Part shown: piece after piece, positions 14,611 to 28,389 of the stretch | Position numbering within the stretch: the first letter of the stretch is position 1 | Layout: the number at the start of each line of letters is the position of its first letter | Notes under the pieces: model-generated | What the model was told of the DNA's origin: nothing | Databases searched by the model: none | The model's input: the letters and a program-made list of their open reading frames with translations, nothing else | Made by a program: the position numbers and the translations under genes | Assembly (NCBI RefSeq): GCF_009914755.1 | Contig: NC_060947.1 | DNA length: 64,000 bases | From: the human T2T-CHM13v2.0 reference genome, Homo sapiens | Reading direction: 5' to 3' (one strand)

Positions 14611-16341
14611 TGAATATTGTTAGATACATTGTACTAGAAAATCTTCATATTCTCGGGCTTGTGTTGTATGTACAGTCACTCATTTGATCATTCATTCCAA
14701 CAAGCTTATGTTAAATATCTGCTATATGCCGAGTTTTTTGTGCCACAGAGTTGTATACCTCCCAGATCTGTGTAAATTTCAGCTGCCACCAACAATGTGG
14801 TCACTTTTTCAGTCCTTTCCTTAGGATAGCATCAGACTCAGCTTCTTTTCATTATTATTATCTTAGGTATAACATTGCTGGTTTGAAGAACAGGGCCCAA
14901 TGCCAGTGACCTCTGCTGCCAGCTATCCAGAAAATGTTTTCCAAGACTCTCCTGGTAGGCAAGAGCAGGAGAGAGAAAGGAAACTGCAGCTGTGTCTTCA
15001 TGCCAGTAAAGCAGCATTTGGGGAGTTATTAGGCTTAGTTCTTACAGCTCTTTTCAACTATGAGCTTTGACAAAGAGTCTGTAATTGTCATTTTGAAGGT
15101 CGGTGGATGTCACTTCCTTCCTCCTTGGTCTTTCTAGTTTTTCTTTATTTAGACTCTGTTTTTTTCCCTGCTGCCTTTTTAAATTTGTTCCATCTCTTTT
15201 ATTCAGTTATCCTAGCCATCTCTCTGAGCATGGGTACCAGGGGTAAGGACCCTGTTCTCAGTAACAGGGAAAGAGGAGCTGTACTCAGATAGGCTAGCAC
15301 TGACCCAGGAATGCACCTCTGCAGACATCTTTATCCTCCTTCACAAATAGTATTTGTGCTGAAGGAATCAAGTCAATGGCAAAGAAAAACTGGCTTTCTT
15401 ACCTGGATACCTATTTAAGAAGTTTTCTCCACTTACTCTGGCCATTACTAATCTGACCTTTCTCTGAACTGTATCGTACATCCCCACTGTGAATAATAAC
15501 CATATGATTTGCCTCTTGATGATTTATTGCATTGAATTAGTTTCTGAATATTTAGTATTTATTGATTTTGTTTCCCTAACAGGATTTGAAACTCCCTTGG
15601 GAAAGGGACTATAACCATACTTATATTTTATCATCTTAGAGATGAGCAAAATTGCAGGCATGCAGTTTAGCCACTCAATGGATATTTGACTGATTTAACG
15701 AGACCTGCCACCTTATTGTACAAAGCAATCTAACATAGAGGAAGACCTTTAGATTCCCACTACCATTTCTTTGATTATTAAAAGACAGTAGAATTTTTGA
15801 CAATGATTCTATTGTCAACCTCCCTCAGTTGTCTTTCTACTGGTAGACCTGTATGGAGGCATGGATTTAGATGAAACATCTATTTCTTTGTGTCAAATTC
15901 TGCTCCTTTGTGTGGCAGTCTGCATTATACAAGAATGCGCTTGCCTTATTTCTACATCAAAGAAAGTGAGAGCCAAGAAATGTTCTTAATGAGTTCTTTT
16001 TGGTTCTTATGCCCTCTGAAGCAGCCCAGGAGGAAGAGAGGACAATAATAGGGGAGGACAGCAATATAGGAAAGTAGGAAGATGGTATAAATGAAAGGGA
16101 CAGATGTCACTTGAGGCCTCAAATTAACTTCATCAGATCTTTGAATTGCTGCAAATAAATGGCAAGTGCGGAGCAAGGAGCAGTATGTGAAGAAGACATT
16201 CTTTGGTCTTGGCAGCCTGTGCTTGTATAACAAAGATGAGAGATGGAGTTGCTAGTATTCTCTGTTGAAGATGTAGGAGTTCAATAGTGGAGAAAAAAGA
16301 AAAATCTAAGAAAGCAAATAATTGGGATAGGGAAAGGGGAT

Positions 16342-16590
16342 TATGTTTGTTTCCTATTGCTGCTGTAACAAATTACAACAATCTTGGTGGTTAACACAAC
16401 ACACATTTATTATTTTACAGCACTGGAAACCAGGAGTCCAAAATGGGTATCACTGAGAAAAAAACAAGATGTGGGCAGGGCTGCATTCTTTTCTGGAAAC
16501 TCTAGGGGAGAATTAGTTTCTTTGTCTTTTTCACCTTCTTGAGGGTGCCTGAATTCCTTGGACTGTGGTACCCTTCCATCTTCAAAGAAC
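16342..16590 (-). mobile_element. MLT1C/D-type MaLR LTR fragment
   Basis: 'tttcctattgctgctgtaacaaattac...ggcagggctgcattcttttctggaaactctaggggagaa'. Confidence 0.8.
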
Positions 16591-17849
16591 CAACTAACTC
16601 TGGACAAACTCTGGTGAAGAGTATGTAGATGACATAGGAGATACAGGGCAGGAAACACTGAGTGAAAGCCAATGACCTTCTGAAGATATAAAATAATTTG
16701 TAAATTTTATGAGAGACAAATGGCTTGAGAGCCTAGTCATGCTGCTTTAAAATAATTTTATGTTTTTTAATGCATATGAATACATTTATACATGTAATGT
16801 GTGTCTGTTAGAGTGAAAGTTGATACTGTTTAGTTCTGTGATTTAAGACATAGTATAAGATAAAGTCCATGGACACAATTTTGTGAATAATCTTAAACTT
16901 ACCCTTCTTTTCCCAGAGCTAATTGTTTAATGCTTTCTTCACCCTCTGCTTTATAGCCTTCTGTTTCATTCTGGGACACATTCCACCCCCCTCATTTTTT
17001 TTTTTTTTTTGGTTCCTAGCCTTTTCCCTTTGTTCCTCTGCTGACATCATACGTGTTTTTGATAATTTAATAAAATACATAGAGTCAATCACAGCATATG
17101 TACATTTTTGGGGCAAAAATTCTGTTTAGGAAGACTTCTAAAATATTTCATTCCATGCTAGTTAAAATTTAAGTTTAAAGATAATATTTTTACAGTCCCT
17201 GTAGCCAATTCCCTAGAACCTCTTTAATTTATATTCTGTTTCTAATTCTACTTCTGATGCTTCAGTGCTCTGACATGTGGCCTGCTTAGAAAAAAAATAA
17301 CTTTGTTGAGGATACTATATGACTTGTGACTTTTCCCTAACTTGCTTTGGTCAGAGCCATGGATTTAATTTTTATGTGGGCTACAGTGTAATTCTAATTC
17401 ATGACTATAGTCTGTACTCCTTATCCTGGGTTATTTTACAAAAGGAGTTTAGATTAACCACCCCAAAGTGACTAGATATATGCAAGGTTTCTATTTCTAT
17501 TATTGGAGAAAGAACTCCTGAGTTTCTGCCCTACTGATAGTGAGTCAATACTCCAATAATTGTACATAGAGGAAGGCACGCAGTGAGCCCTTCAGACAAA
17601 ATGCTTTCATCAGTCTCCTTAGTCTTTGATTAGTCCTTCCTTCCTTCCTAGAATGACCTCATCTCTCTCAGAATGACTTAAAAAGAAGCATGGCTTTAAA
17701 AAATGAGAATAACTGCTAATGACTTTATGATCCTGAGGCAAAGTTTTCTTTGCACAATAAATGCTTAGTTATGATTTGATAGTCAAATGTCGTGATGGAA
17801 AAATGTATGATAGGCAGTTTGAATCAGTGTAGAAAACTCAGAAAAGAGG

Positions 17850-18005
17850 AGGTATAGCCCAATGGTTAAATTTGGGGGCTCTGGAATCATTAAGAGTTGG
17901 TTTGGGTTCTAAGCTCAACACTTAATGGCTTTATGACCCTAAACAGTTACTTAACCTTTCTCAACTTAACTTTCAATATGTGTAGTATTGCCTATCTTAG
18001 AGGGT
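17850..18005 (+). mobile_element. MIR fragment
   Basis: 'ctttatgaccctaaacagttacttaacctttctc'. Confidence 0.65.
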
Positions 18006-18009
18006 TAAT

Positions 18010-18680
18010 TGCATCACAGGGAGATTTTCATTGAAGGTTGTTTCCCTAAGTAACTTGGTAGCTGCTTTGAAGTTTCACTAAGAAATCAACTTGCAAAAGG
18101 CAGATAATAGGAGAAAAGACATATACATTTATTTAACGTATGTACATGGGATCCTTTAGAATGAAGACCAAAAGATACAGGGGGAACTCTTAATTTTTAT
18201 GCTTAGGTTCAACAAAGTATGGACAGCTATGTAGAAACATGATTGGACAAAAAGTGTATGATCTAATGAATAGGTTGAGTGGGGAAACCCAGCAGGTCCT
18301 GTCTGTCTAGATTCTTCTTGGCCTCTCTGAGCACACAGTTCTTCCTTCTGGGCATGGGGCAGGACCCTCTCTGGAATGGAAGGGTCTTATGAGCTACAGC
18401 CAAACAAGGTAGGCCAGATAATTTCTTTATGGCTGGTTTTGCCACAGAAAGTCAGAGGGAAAGTTAAAGTAATATTTTTAGGTTTTATGGCTGGCTTGGG
18501 GGAACATGGGTTCTGGTTTCCATGACCTGCCTTGAAGAAGGGTGATTCTAGTTTCTATGGCAAGCCTCGAGGGAGAATGGAACTGTGAGAAAGGAGGATA
18601 GCAGAAGGTTAAAGAAAAACTTGTATCTGAGGCTGATCCTGAGGCCTTAATTTTGGGGCATTGTTCTCTGAGCCCCAACA
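18010..18680 (-). mobile_element. MER39-like ERV1 solo LTR
   Basis: The minus strand begins TGTTGGGGCTCAGAGAACAATGCCCCAAAATTAAGGCCTCAG. About 670 bp, with a minus-strand AATAAA near 18128-18133. Confidence 0.75.
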
Positions 18681-18734
18681 CTGCCCATCCAAGAAATTTA
18701 AGTGCAGAGACACACTAGAAATGAAACAGAAATA

Positions 18735-18960
18735 AGGCAGCCTAATGTAGTTGCTCAGTGGATGGGCTCTGGAGCTGGATTCAACCCCATGCTTTACCAT
18801 TTAGTAGATGTATGACTTCAGGCAAGTTACTTTACCTTCTGTACTTCAATTTTCTTATCTATAAAATGGGAACAATAATAGTGCCTACCTCAAAGCCTTG
18901 GTATGAAGATTAAATGAATACAGATAAAATAATAAGCACAGTGTCTGACATTTAATTGAT
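18735..18960 (+). mobile_element. MIR SINE
   Basis: 'tgacttcaggcaagttactttaccttctgtacttcaattttcttatctataaaatgggaacaataatag'. Confidence 0.85.
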
Positions 18961-19029
18961 GTTTAAGAAAGACTATCTCTTCTTATTACTGAAACTAATG
19001 CTGTTAGTACTATTAATAAAAAGATGATA

Positions 19030-20050
<1,021 letters not shown>

Positions 20051-20305
20051 CTATATTTCTATGAGATAAAGTACATAGCACAATGCCTGGCATATAGTAA
20101 GTGTTCAATGAATAGTATCTGTCATGTTTATTGTTGTTGTTGTTACTGTATTAACTCAAGAGCCCAAGCTGGCTTGCATGTGGAAAAGACAGTTGGAGCA
20201 TGCACAGAGCCAATAGCCTTCATGGAATGAAAGGCCTTGGTGAGCAGATAGCATTTAGAGTGCCGTATCCTAAACAAAGGCAAAAAAATGTGGTTCCAAC
20301 ATACA

Positions 20306-20603
20306 CAGATGCTTCTCAATTTACAATAGGATTACGTCCAGATAAACCAATCGTAAATTGAAAATATAAAGTCAAAAATGTGTTTAATACTACAACACAG
20401 CAGATAGTTCCCAACTTATGATGGTTCAATTTATGACTTTTTCACTTTATGATGGTGGGAAAGCAATACACATTCAGTAGAAGCTGTAACCCCATCCTAA
20501 GTCATAAGGAGCTCCTTGACTTATGATGGGTTTACATCCTAATATACTCATTGTAATGTCAAACAATTGTTAAGACAAACTATCCTGAATCAGAAACTGT
20601 CCG
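20306..20603. mobile_element. MER47-type (Tigger-derived) MITE
   Basis: 'cagatgcttctcaatttacaataggattacgtccagataaaccaatcgtaaattgaaaat' with internal repeats of the TIR motif. Confidence 0.7.
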
Positions 20604-21789
20604 GAAAAGCATTTGGTTAGGTTGGCCTATCTACCCTAACCAATTTTTTTTATATCATGGGAGGATGGGAGGTTTCTTTGATTATCATATGGATGAAAAG
20701 ATAAGGTACTTTTATTTTAGCAACTGTACTTCAAAGAAATGACTCTAAGAAATGGGTAGATCTAGTTCTGTTGAGATTCACTGATCAGCACATCCCTGGA
20801 GAGGTAGCCAACACTCTCCTAGTACACGTTGTCCCTATAACATGTGTGCTTAAAGGAGAAATGAAGTGTACCCATTGATTATATTTACCTTAGCAAAATG
20901 TGCTTCCATATGATAACATTATGCGGTAAAAATGCTTTGTGATTTACACTGTTTGTGTGATGTTATGTTCTCAATACAATGAGCTGAAGGCTTTTGGCTA
21001 TTATTCCTTTAGAAACAAGCACCTCTTGTTGAGGGCTGATTTTGTCCATATTATCTTGAAATGCTTTTTGCCTATTCATCTCTAAGTATAAATATGAGGG
21101 TTTTTTTTTAATCCTGCAAAATTTCCCATAAACGTGTGTTTTTAAATCTTTCCTAAAGTGGTCTTTATGCAACCAATAGAAATCTTAAATATATGATCAG
21201 TTTTCCACCCTGTGTTCTCTAGATAAAGAAAAGTTTGACTGGTATTAGATATGAAAAATGGAATGTGCTTTAAAATTTTCAATCTGTCATTTGAGATCAA
21301 TATCAGAGACAGATACCTATTAGACTCTTTCCACAACTGTCTCTTATCGTTGTTAAAGTTTATAAGAAGTTACCTGGCCAGGAAATGGGTTTCACTGGTT
21401 TTAAACATCCGTTGTTATTGGTATCATGTATCTGCTCTCCTGAGTACTGAGCCCAGCCATTTGGTTTATGTGAGTTTCTAGACTCCTGTGTATTTGCCTT
21501 ACTCTCTAGGATTTAGGCTTTTTTGGTTCCCATATTTTGCTTGGTCTAGCCTGTCACACTTTGTTCTTTGTACCTTTAGACCTGTGTGTGCTTGCTTGAT
21601 TTAATTTATTATCTTGTCTCAACTGCTGATTCAGCTTTGCCTTCTGACTCTTGAGCCCTGGGCTAATTCTCATCCTAAAGCAGCAGGTTTTGAGCCTTGC
21701 CTCCATGCTACATTGTGACCTCAGCACCAGCATTGAGAGCTGGTCTAACTCATAGGTCTAACTCAGTACAACATTTCTGATTTTCATAG

Positions 21790-22025
21790 CAGTTGCGGTA
21801 GAATAAAAAGAATACTGTGCTTAATGTTTGAATCTCTGGGTTTAAGCTGTAGCACTGCCAGAAACTCACTAAATGCCTATAGACAAATATCTTAGCGTCT
21901 CTGAATTTCAGTTTTCTCCTTTGTAAGATAGGAATAATATTCTCCTTACTCATTTTTGTGATTAAATAAGATATCTTATGTAAAAATGCCTAATGTGATA
22001 ACTGGCAAATGTTTGTAAAATATTT
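21790..22025 (+). mobile_element. MIR fragment
   Basis: 'tctctgaatttcagttttctcctttgtaagataggaataata'. Confidence 0.65.
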
Positions 22026-24267
22026 AATCTCAGTTTTGGACACTGTGATACTCTCATATGTTTCTTTGTTTCCATTATTAGCCTGTTTCTTTTTATAAGC
22101 AATTACTTAATTTATTTCCATGACAAATAATCATAAGTAAAATGTATCAGTCCAAAAGTTTTCTGGTAAAAAATCAAAGTGAAATTACAACACAAACTTA
22201 TTTTAACAAGGTCCCAAGTTTCCCAATTAACTTGTCTCCAATTCTTATGTATTCTGTTCACCAATTGCATTATATCTCTTCTGAAAACAATTAATATGAC
22301 AACTTGTAAATTTCTGGCAAAGAAACTGAGTATCTAGAACTGAGCAGAAATATCACAGTGATTACAACAAATTATTTTTGTCTATTTGCTTGTAAATCTG
22401 TTTTTTTTTTAATTTTTTATTATACCTTAAGTTCCGCGATACATGCGCAGAACATGCAGGTTTGTTACAGAGGTATACGTGTGCCATGGTGGTTTGCTGA
22501 ACCCATCAACCTGTCATCTACGTTAGGTATTTCTCCTAATGCTGTCCCTCCCCTTGCCCCCCACCTGTTGACAGGCCCTGATGTGTGATGTTTCCTTCCC
22601 TGTGCCCATATGTTGTCATTGTTCAACTCCCACTTATGAGTGAGAAAATGTGGTGTTTGGTTTTCTATTCCTGTGTTAGTTTGTTGAGAATGATAGTTTC
22701 CAGCTTCATCCATGTCTCTGCAAAGGACATGAACTCATTCTTTATCATGGGTGAATAGTATTCCATGGTGTATATGTACCACATTTTCTTTATCCGGTCT
22801 ATCATTGATGAGCATTTGGGTTGGTTCCAAGTCTGTGCTATTGTGAATAGTGTTACAACAAAAATACATGTGCATGTGTCTTTGTAGTAGAATGATTTAC
22901 AATCTTTGGTTATATACCCAGTAATGGGATTGCTGGGTCAAATGGTATTTCTAGTTCTAGATCCTTGAGGAATCACCACACTGTCTTCCACAATGGTTGA
23001 ACTAATTTGCACTCCCACCAACAGTGTAAAAGCATTCCTATTTCTCCACACCCTCTCCAGCATCTGTTGTTTCCTGACTTTTTAATGATCACCATTCTAT
23101 CTCGCGTGAGATGGTATCTCATTGTGGCTTTGATTTGCATTTCTCTAATGACCAGTGATGATGAGCTTCTTTTCATATATTTGTTGGACACTTATATGTC
23201 TTCTTTTAAAAAGTGTTTGTTCATATCCTTTGCCCAGTTTCTGATGGGGTGTTTTTTTTTTGTTGTTGTTGTTGTAAATTTAAGTTCCTTGTAGATTCTG
23301 GATATTAGCCCTTTGTCAGATGGATAGATTGTAAAAATTTTCTCCCATTCTGTAGGTTGCCTGTTCACTCTGATGCTAGTTTCTTTTGCTGTGCAGAAGC
23401 TCTTTAGTTTAATTAGATCCCATTTGTCAATTTTGACTTTTGTTGCAATTGCTTTTGGTATTTTAGTCATGAAGTCTTTGCCCATGCCTATGTCCTGAAT
23501 GGTATTGCCTAGGTTTTCTTCTAGGGTTTTTATGGTTTTAGGTCTTACAGTTAAATCTTCAATCCATCTTGAGTTGATTTTTGTATAAGGTGTAAGGAAG
23601 GGATCCACTTTCAGTTTTCTGCATATGGCTAGCCAGTTTTCCCAACACCATTTAATAAATAGGGAATCCTCTCCCCATTGCTTGTTTTTGTCAGGTTTGT
23701 CAAAGATCAGGTGGTTGTAGATGTGTGGTGTTATTTCTGAGGACTCAGTTCTGTTTCATTTGGTCTATATATCTGTTTTGGTACAAGTACCAGTACCATG
23801 CTGTTTTTGTTAATGTAGCCTGGTAGTATAGTTTGAAGTCAGTTAGTGTTATGCCTCCAGCTTTGTTCTTTTTGCTTAGAATTGTCTTGTCTATATGGGA
23901 TCTTTTTTGGTTCCATGTGAAATTTAAAGTCGTTTTTTTCAAATTTTGTGCAGAAAGTCAGTGTTAGCTTGATGGGGATAGCACTGAATCTATAAATTAC
24001 TTTGGGCAGTATGGCCATTTTCACAATATTGATTTTTCCTATCCATGAGCATGGAATGTTTTTCCATTTGTTTGTGTCCTCTCTTATTTCCTTGAGCAGT
24101 GGTTTGCAGTTCTCCTTGAAGAGTTCCATCACATTCCTTGTAATTTGTATTCCTAGGTATTTTATTCTCTTTGTAGCGATTTTGAATGGGAGTTCATTCA
24201 TGATTTCACTCTCTGTTTGTCTATTACTGGTGTATAGGGATGCTTGTGATTTTTGCACATTGATTTT

Positions 24268-24904
24268 TTTTTTATTATACTTTAAGTTTTAGGGTACATG
24301 TGCACATTGTGCAGGTTAGTTACATATGTATACATGTGCCATGCTGGTGCACTGCACCCACTAACTCGTCATCTAGCATTAGGTATATCTCCCAGTGCTA
24401 TCCCTTCCCCCTCAACCCACCCCACAACAGTCCCCAGTGTGATATTCCCCTTCCTGTGTCCATGTGTTCTCATTGTTCAGTTCCCACCTATGAGTGACAA
24501 TATGCGGTGTTTGGTTTTTTGTTCTTGTGATAGTTTACTGAGAATGATGTTTTCCAATTTCATCCATGTCCATACAAAGGACATGAACTCATCATTTTTT
24601 ATGGCTGCATAGTATTCCATGGTGTATATGTGCCACATTTTCTTAATCCAGTCTATCATCGTTGGACATTTGGGTTGGTTCCAAGTCTTTGCTATTGTGA
24701 ATAATGCCGCAATAAACATACGTGTGCATGTGTCTTTATAGCAGCATGATTTATAGTCCTTTGGGTATATACCCAGTAATGGGATGGCTGGGTCAAATGG
24801 TATTTCCAGTTCTAGATCCCTGAGGAATCGCCACACTGACTTCCACAATGGTTGAACTAGTTTACAGTCCCACCAACAGTATAAAAGTGTTCCTATTTCT
24901 CCAC
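24268..24904 (-). mobile_element. L1PA2-like 3' fragment nested in the L1PA7
   Basis: 3'UTR 'cccactaactcgtcatctagcattaggtatatctccc' (GAG-type, L1PA2-like). T-tract at left. The host resumes at gagactttgc (24905). No TSD. Confidence 0.88.
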
Positions 24905-26072
24905 GAGACTTTGCTGAAGTTGCTAGTCAGCTTAAGGATTTTTTGGGCTGAGACAATGGTGTTTTCTAAATATACAATCATGTCATCTGCAAACAGGGAT
25001 AATTTGAATTCCTCTCTTCCTATTTGCATACCGTTTATTTCTTTCTCTTGCCTGATTGCCCTAGCCAGAACTTCCAATACTATGTTGAATAGGAGTGGTG
25101 AGAGAGGTCATCCTTTCCTTGTGCTATTTTTCAAAGGGAATGCTTCCAGTTTTTGCCCATTCAGTATGATATTGGCGGTGGGTTTGTCATAAATAGCTCT
25201 TATTATTTTGAGATATGTTCCATCAATACCTAGTTTATTGATAGTTTTTAGCGGGAAGGGATTTGAATTTTATCAAAGGCCTTTTCTGCATCAATTGAGA
25301 TAATCATGTGGTTTTTGTCATTGTTTCTGTTTATGTGATGGATTACATTTATTGATTTGCATATGTTGAATCAGCCTTGCATCCCAGGGATGAAGCTGAC
25401 TTGATTGTGGTGGATAAGCTTTTTGATCTGCTGCTGGATTCAGTTTGCCAGTATTTTACTGAGGATTTTTGCATCGATGTTCATCAGGGATATTGGCCTG
25501 AAATTTTGTTTTGTTTTGTTGTGTCTCTGCCAGGTTTTGGTAACAATATGATGCTGACCTCATAAAATGAGTTAAGGAGGAGTCCCTCTTTTTCAATTGT
25601 TTGGAATACTTTCAAGGAATAGTACCAGCTCCTCTTTGTACCTCTGGTAGAATTGGGCTCTGAATTAGTCTGGTCCTGGGCTTTTTTGGTTGGTAGGCTA
25701 TTAATTACTGCCTGAATTTCAGAACTTGTTATTGGTCTATTCAGGGTTTTGACTTCTTCCTGGTTTAGTCTTGGGAGGGTGTATGTTTCCAGGAATTTAT
25801 CCATTTCTTCTAGATTTTCTAGTTTATTTGCACAGAGGTGTTTATAGTATTTTCTGATGGTAGTTTATATTTCTGTGGAATCAGTGGTGATCTCCCCTTT
25901 ATACTTTTTTATTGTGTCTATTTGATTCTTCTCTCTTTTCTTCTTTATTAGTCTGGCTAGTGGTCTATTTTGTTAATATTTTCACAAAACCAGCTCCTGG
26001 ATTAATTTATTTTTTGAAGGGTTTTTCATATCTCTACCTCATTCAGTTCTGCTTTGATCTTAGTTATTTCTT

Positions 26073-27293
26073 TTTTTCAAATCACACTATTTATTGCCAT
26101 ACAGTTTGTTTCTCTTTTCTTTTGGTTCACAATGCTTAAATGGGGAGGATAATGAAAACAAATCTCATAGGGAATATACCCTATAGACGAAATACATTAA
26201 CTACATAGTGAGTTCCGAAATTATTAAAGTCTAGTTGCTCAGTTAGGATGGAAGCAGGCCTCTGTGGAAAGTATAGTCTAATTAAAGTTTGAGGTGTGCC
26301 TTATACCAGGGGTTCTCAGGGGAGATGATCTGACCTGACACAGCAGAGGTTCCTAGATGCTAAAGGGTTGTTCTGGTGTTGGTGGGCAAAGCTTTGGGGG
26401 TTAGCTCAAAGGCAAATAAGGTATGGCCCTGATAGCATGAGCTCTCCCTCTTTGAGAGGCCGCTAACAGTGCAGCCCTGCTAGGGCCTAAGTTCTCAAAC
26501 TGTCTGTGAAACTTTTAGGATTATATGTATTTTGGATTCCAGTAGTTGAGGTCAATAGCTCAGATATGGGGCCTGATAAGGTATGGCCTAACATTCTTGA
26601 GGGGAGAGGGCTTATCACAGCAAAACATGTCACTCATTTAGCAAATCATATAAGTGCTTGGAATTATTTTAAGGCTACAAAACAATAACACAACATGAAT
26701 TTCTCCAAGTGCTCTGGAATATATCATTGTTAGATGCACCATAATTTGATCATAATTTAAGCTGATCACATAATGTTTTTAAATTTAGTTGGTCAAATGA
26801 AAGTCATTCAATAAACATAACTGGTGAAGTGGAGGTCATATTCGTTAGTTTTAGTAATTTCCTATTACAAAATATATTATCAGTTGCAGATATCAGTTGC
26901 TCCAGTAATCCTGCATAACAAACCACCTGAAACCCAAAGGCTTAAAACAATGATCATTTAATATTGCTCATGAAAGTAGAGTTTAGGTAGGTCATTCTTA
27001 TGGTCTTGGCTAAACTCATCTGTCTGCAATCAACTGCAAATTGAGGAGGCTGCTTTGTTGATCTTGTCTGAGTTCTTTGACATGTTTATGCATGCTTGAG
27101 GGTTGAATGGATTTTGTCTAACCTAAAATGGTCCTTGACTGAAACAGCTGGGATGACTGAAAATAAGGAAGCCTCAACTCTCCTCCATATCTCTTACAGC
27201 CTTTTATATATTACCCAGTTTTAGTTTAATGAGGAAAATGTCTTTGGAATATTTCTGAGGATACTATTTAGAATTTGTTTTTATGTTTTTTTA
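26073..27293 (-). mobile_element. Retrotransposed non-L1 segment (candidate orphan 3' transduction or unspliced retrocopy)
   Basis: Perfect 13-bp TSD ttagttatttctt (26060-26072 and 27294-27306). Short T-tract, with a minus-strand AATAAA (tttatt 26090-26095) 12 nt from it. Contains an MLT1-like piece (~26880-27200) and a possible MIR-like piece (~26130-26225). Confidence 0.85.
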
Positions 27294-28389
27294 TTAGTTA
27301 TTTCTTGTCTTCTGCTAGCTTTTGAATTTGTTTGCTCTTGCTTCTCTAGTTCTTTTGTGATGTTAGGGTGTCGATTTTAGATCTTTCCTGCTTTCTCCTG
27401 TAGGAATTTAGTGCTATGAATTTTCCTCTAAACACTACTTTAGCTATGTCCCAAAGATTCTGGTACATTGTGTCTTTGTTCTCATTGGTTTCAAAGAACT
27501 TATTTATTTCTGCCTTTATTTCATTATTTACCCGGTAGTCATTCAGGAGCAGGTTGTTCAGTTTCCAACTAGTTGTGTGGTGTTGAGTGAGTTTTTTAAT
27601 CCTGAGTTCTAATTTGATTGCACTGTGGTCTCAGAGACTGTTTGTTATGATTTCCATTCTTTTGCATTTGCGAGGAGTGTTTTACTTCTAATTATATGGT
27701 CAATTTTAGAATAAGTGCTATGTGGTGCTGAGAAGAATGTATATTCTGTTGATTTGGGGTGGAGAGTACTGTAGATGTCTATTAGGTCGGCTTGGTCCAG
27801 AGCTGAGTTCAATTCCTGAATATCCTTGTTAATTTTGTTTCATTGATCTGTCTAATATTGACAGTGGGGTGTTAAATTCTCCCACTATTATTGTGTGGGA
27901 GTCTAAGTCTCTTTGTAGGTCTTGAAGAACTTGCTTTATGAATTTGGCTGCTCCTGTACTGGGTGCATATATATTTAGGATGGTTAGCTCTTCTTGTTGC
28001 ATTGATCCCTTTACCATTATGGAATGCCTTTCTTTGTCTTTTTTGATCTTTGTTGGTTGAAAGTCTGTTTTATCAGAGACTAGAATTGCAACCCCTGCTT
28101 TTTTTTTTTTTTTTTTTTTTTGCTTTCCATTTGCTTGGTAAATCTTCCTCCATCCCTTTATTTTGAGCCTATGTGTGTCTTTGCACATGAGATGGGTCTC
28201 CTGAGTACAGCACACCGATTGGTCTTGACTCTTTATCCAATTTGCCAGTCTTTGACTTTTAATTGGGGCATTTAGCCTGTTTCCATTTAAGGTTAATATT
28301 GTTATGTGTGAATTTGATCCTGTCATTATGATGCTAGCTGATTATTTCACCCAATAGTTGATGCAGTTTCTTCATAGTACTGATGGTCT

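Larger units (their letters stand above)
22630..28326 (-). pseudogene. Disrupted L1 ORF2 (endonuclease/reverse transcriptase)
   Basis: Fragments MTGSNSHITILTLN (EN), LFADDMIVY (RT) and CWRGCGE..HCWWEC (C-terminal). Many frameshifts and two insertions. Confidence 0.92.

Noticed and set aside
28098-28121. Long T-run within L1 ORF2 as a separate poly(A) insertion
   Set aside because: It sits at the native A-rich KQKKAG position and has no TSD, so it is a simple homopolymer expansion.
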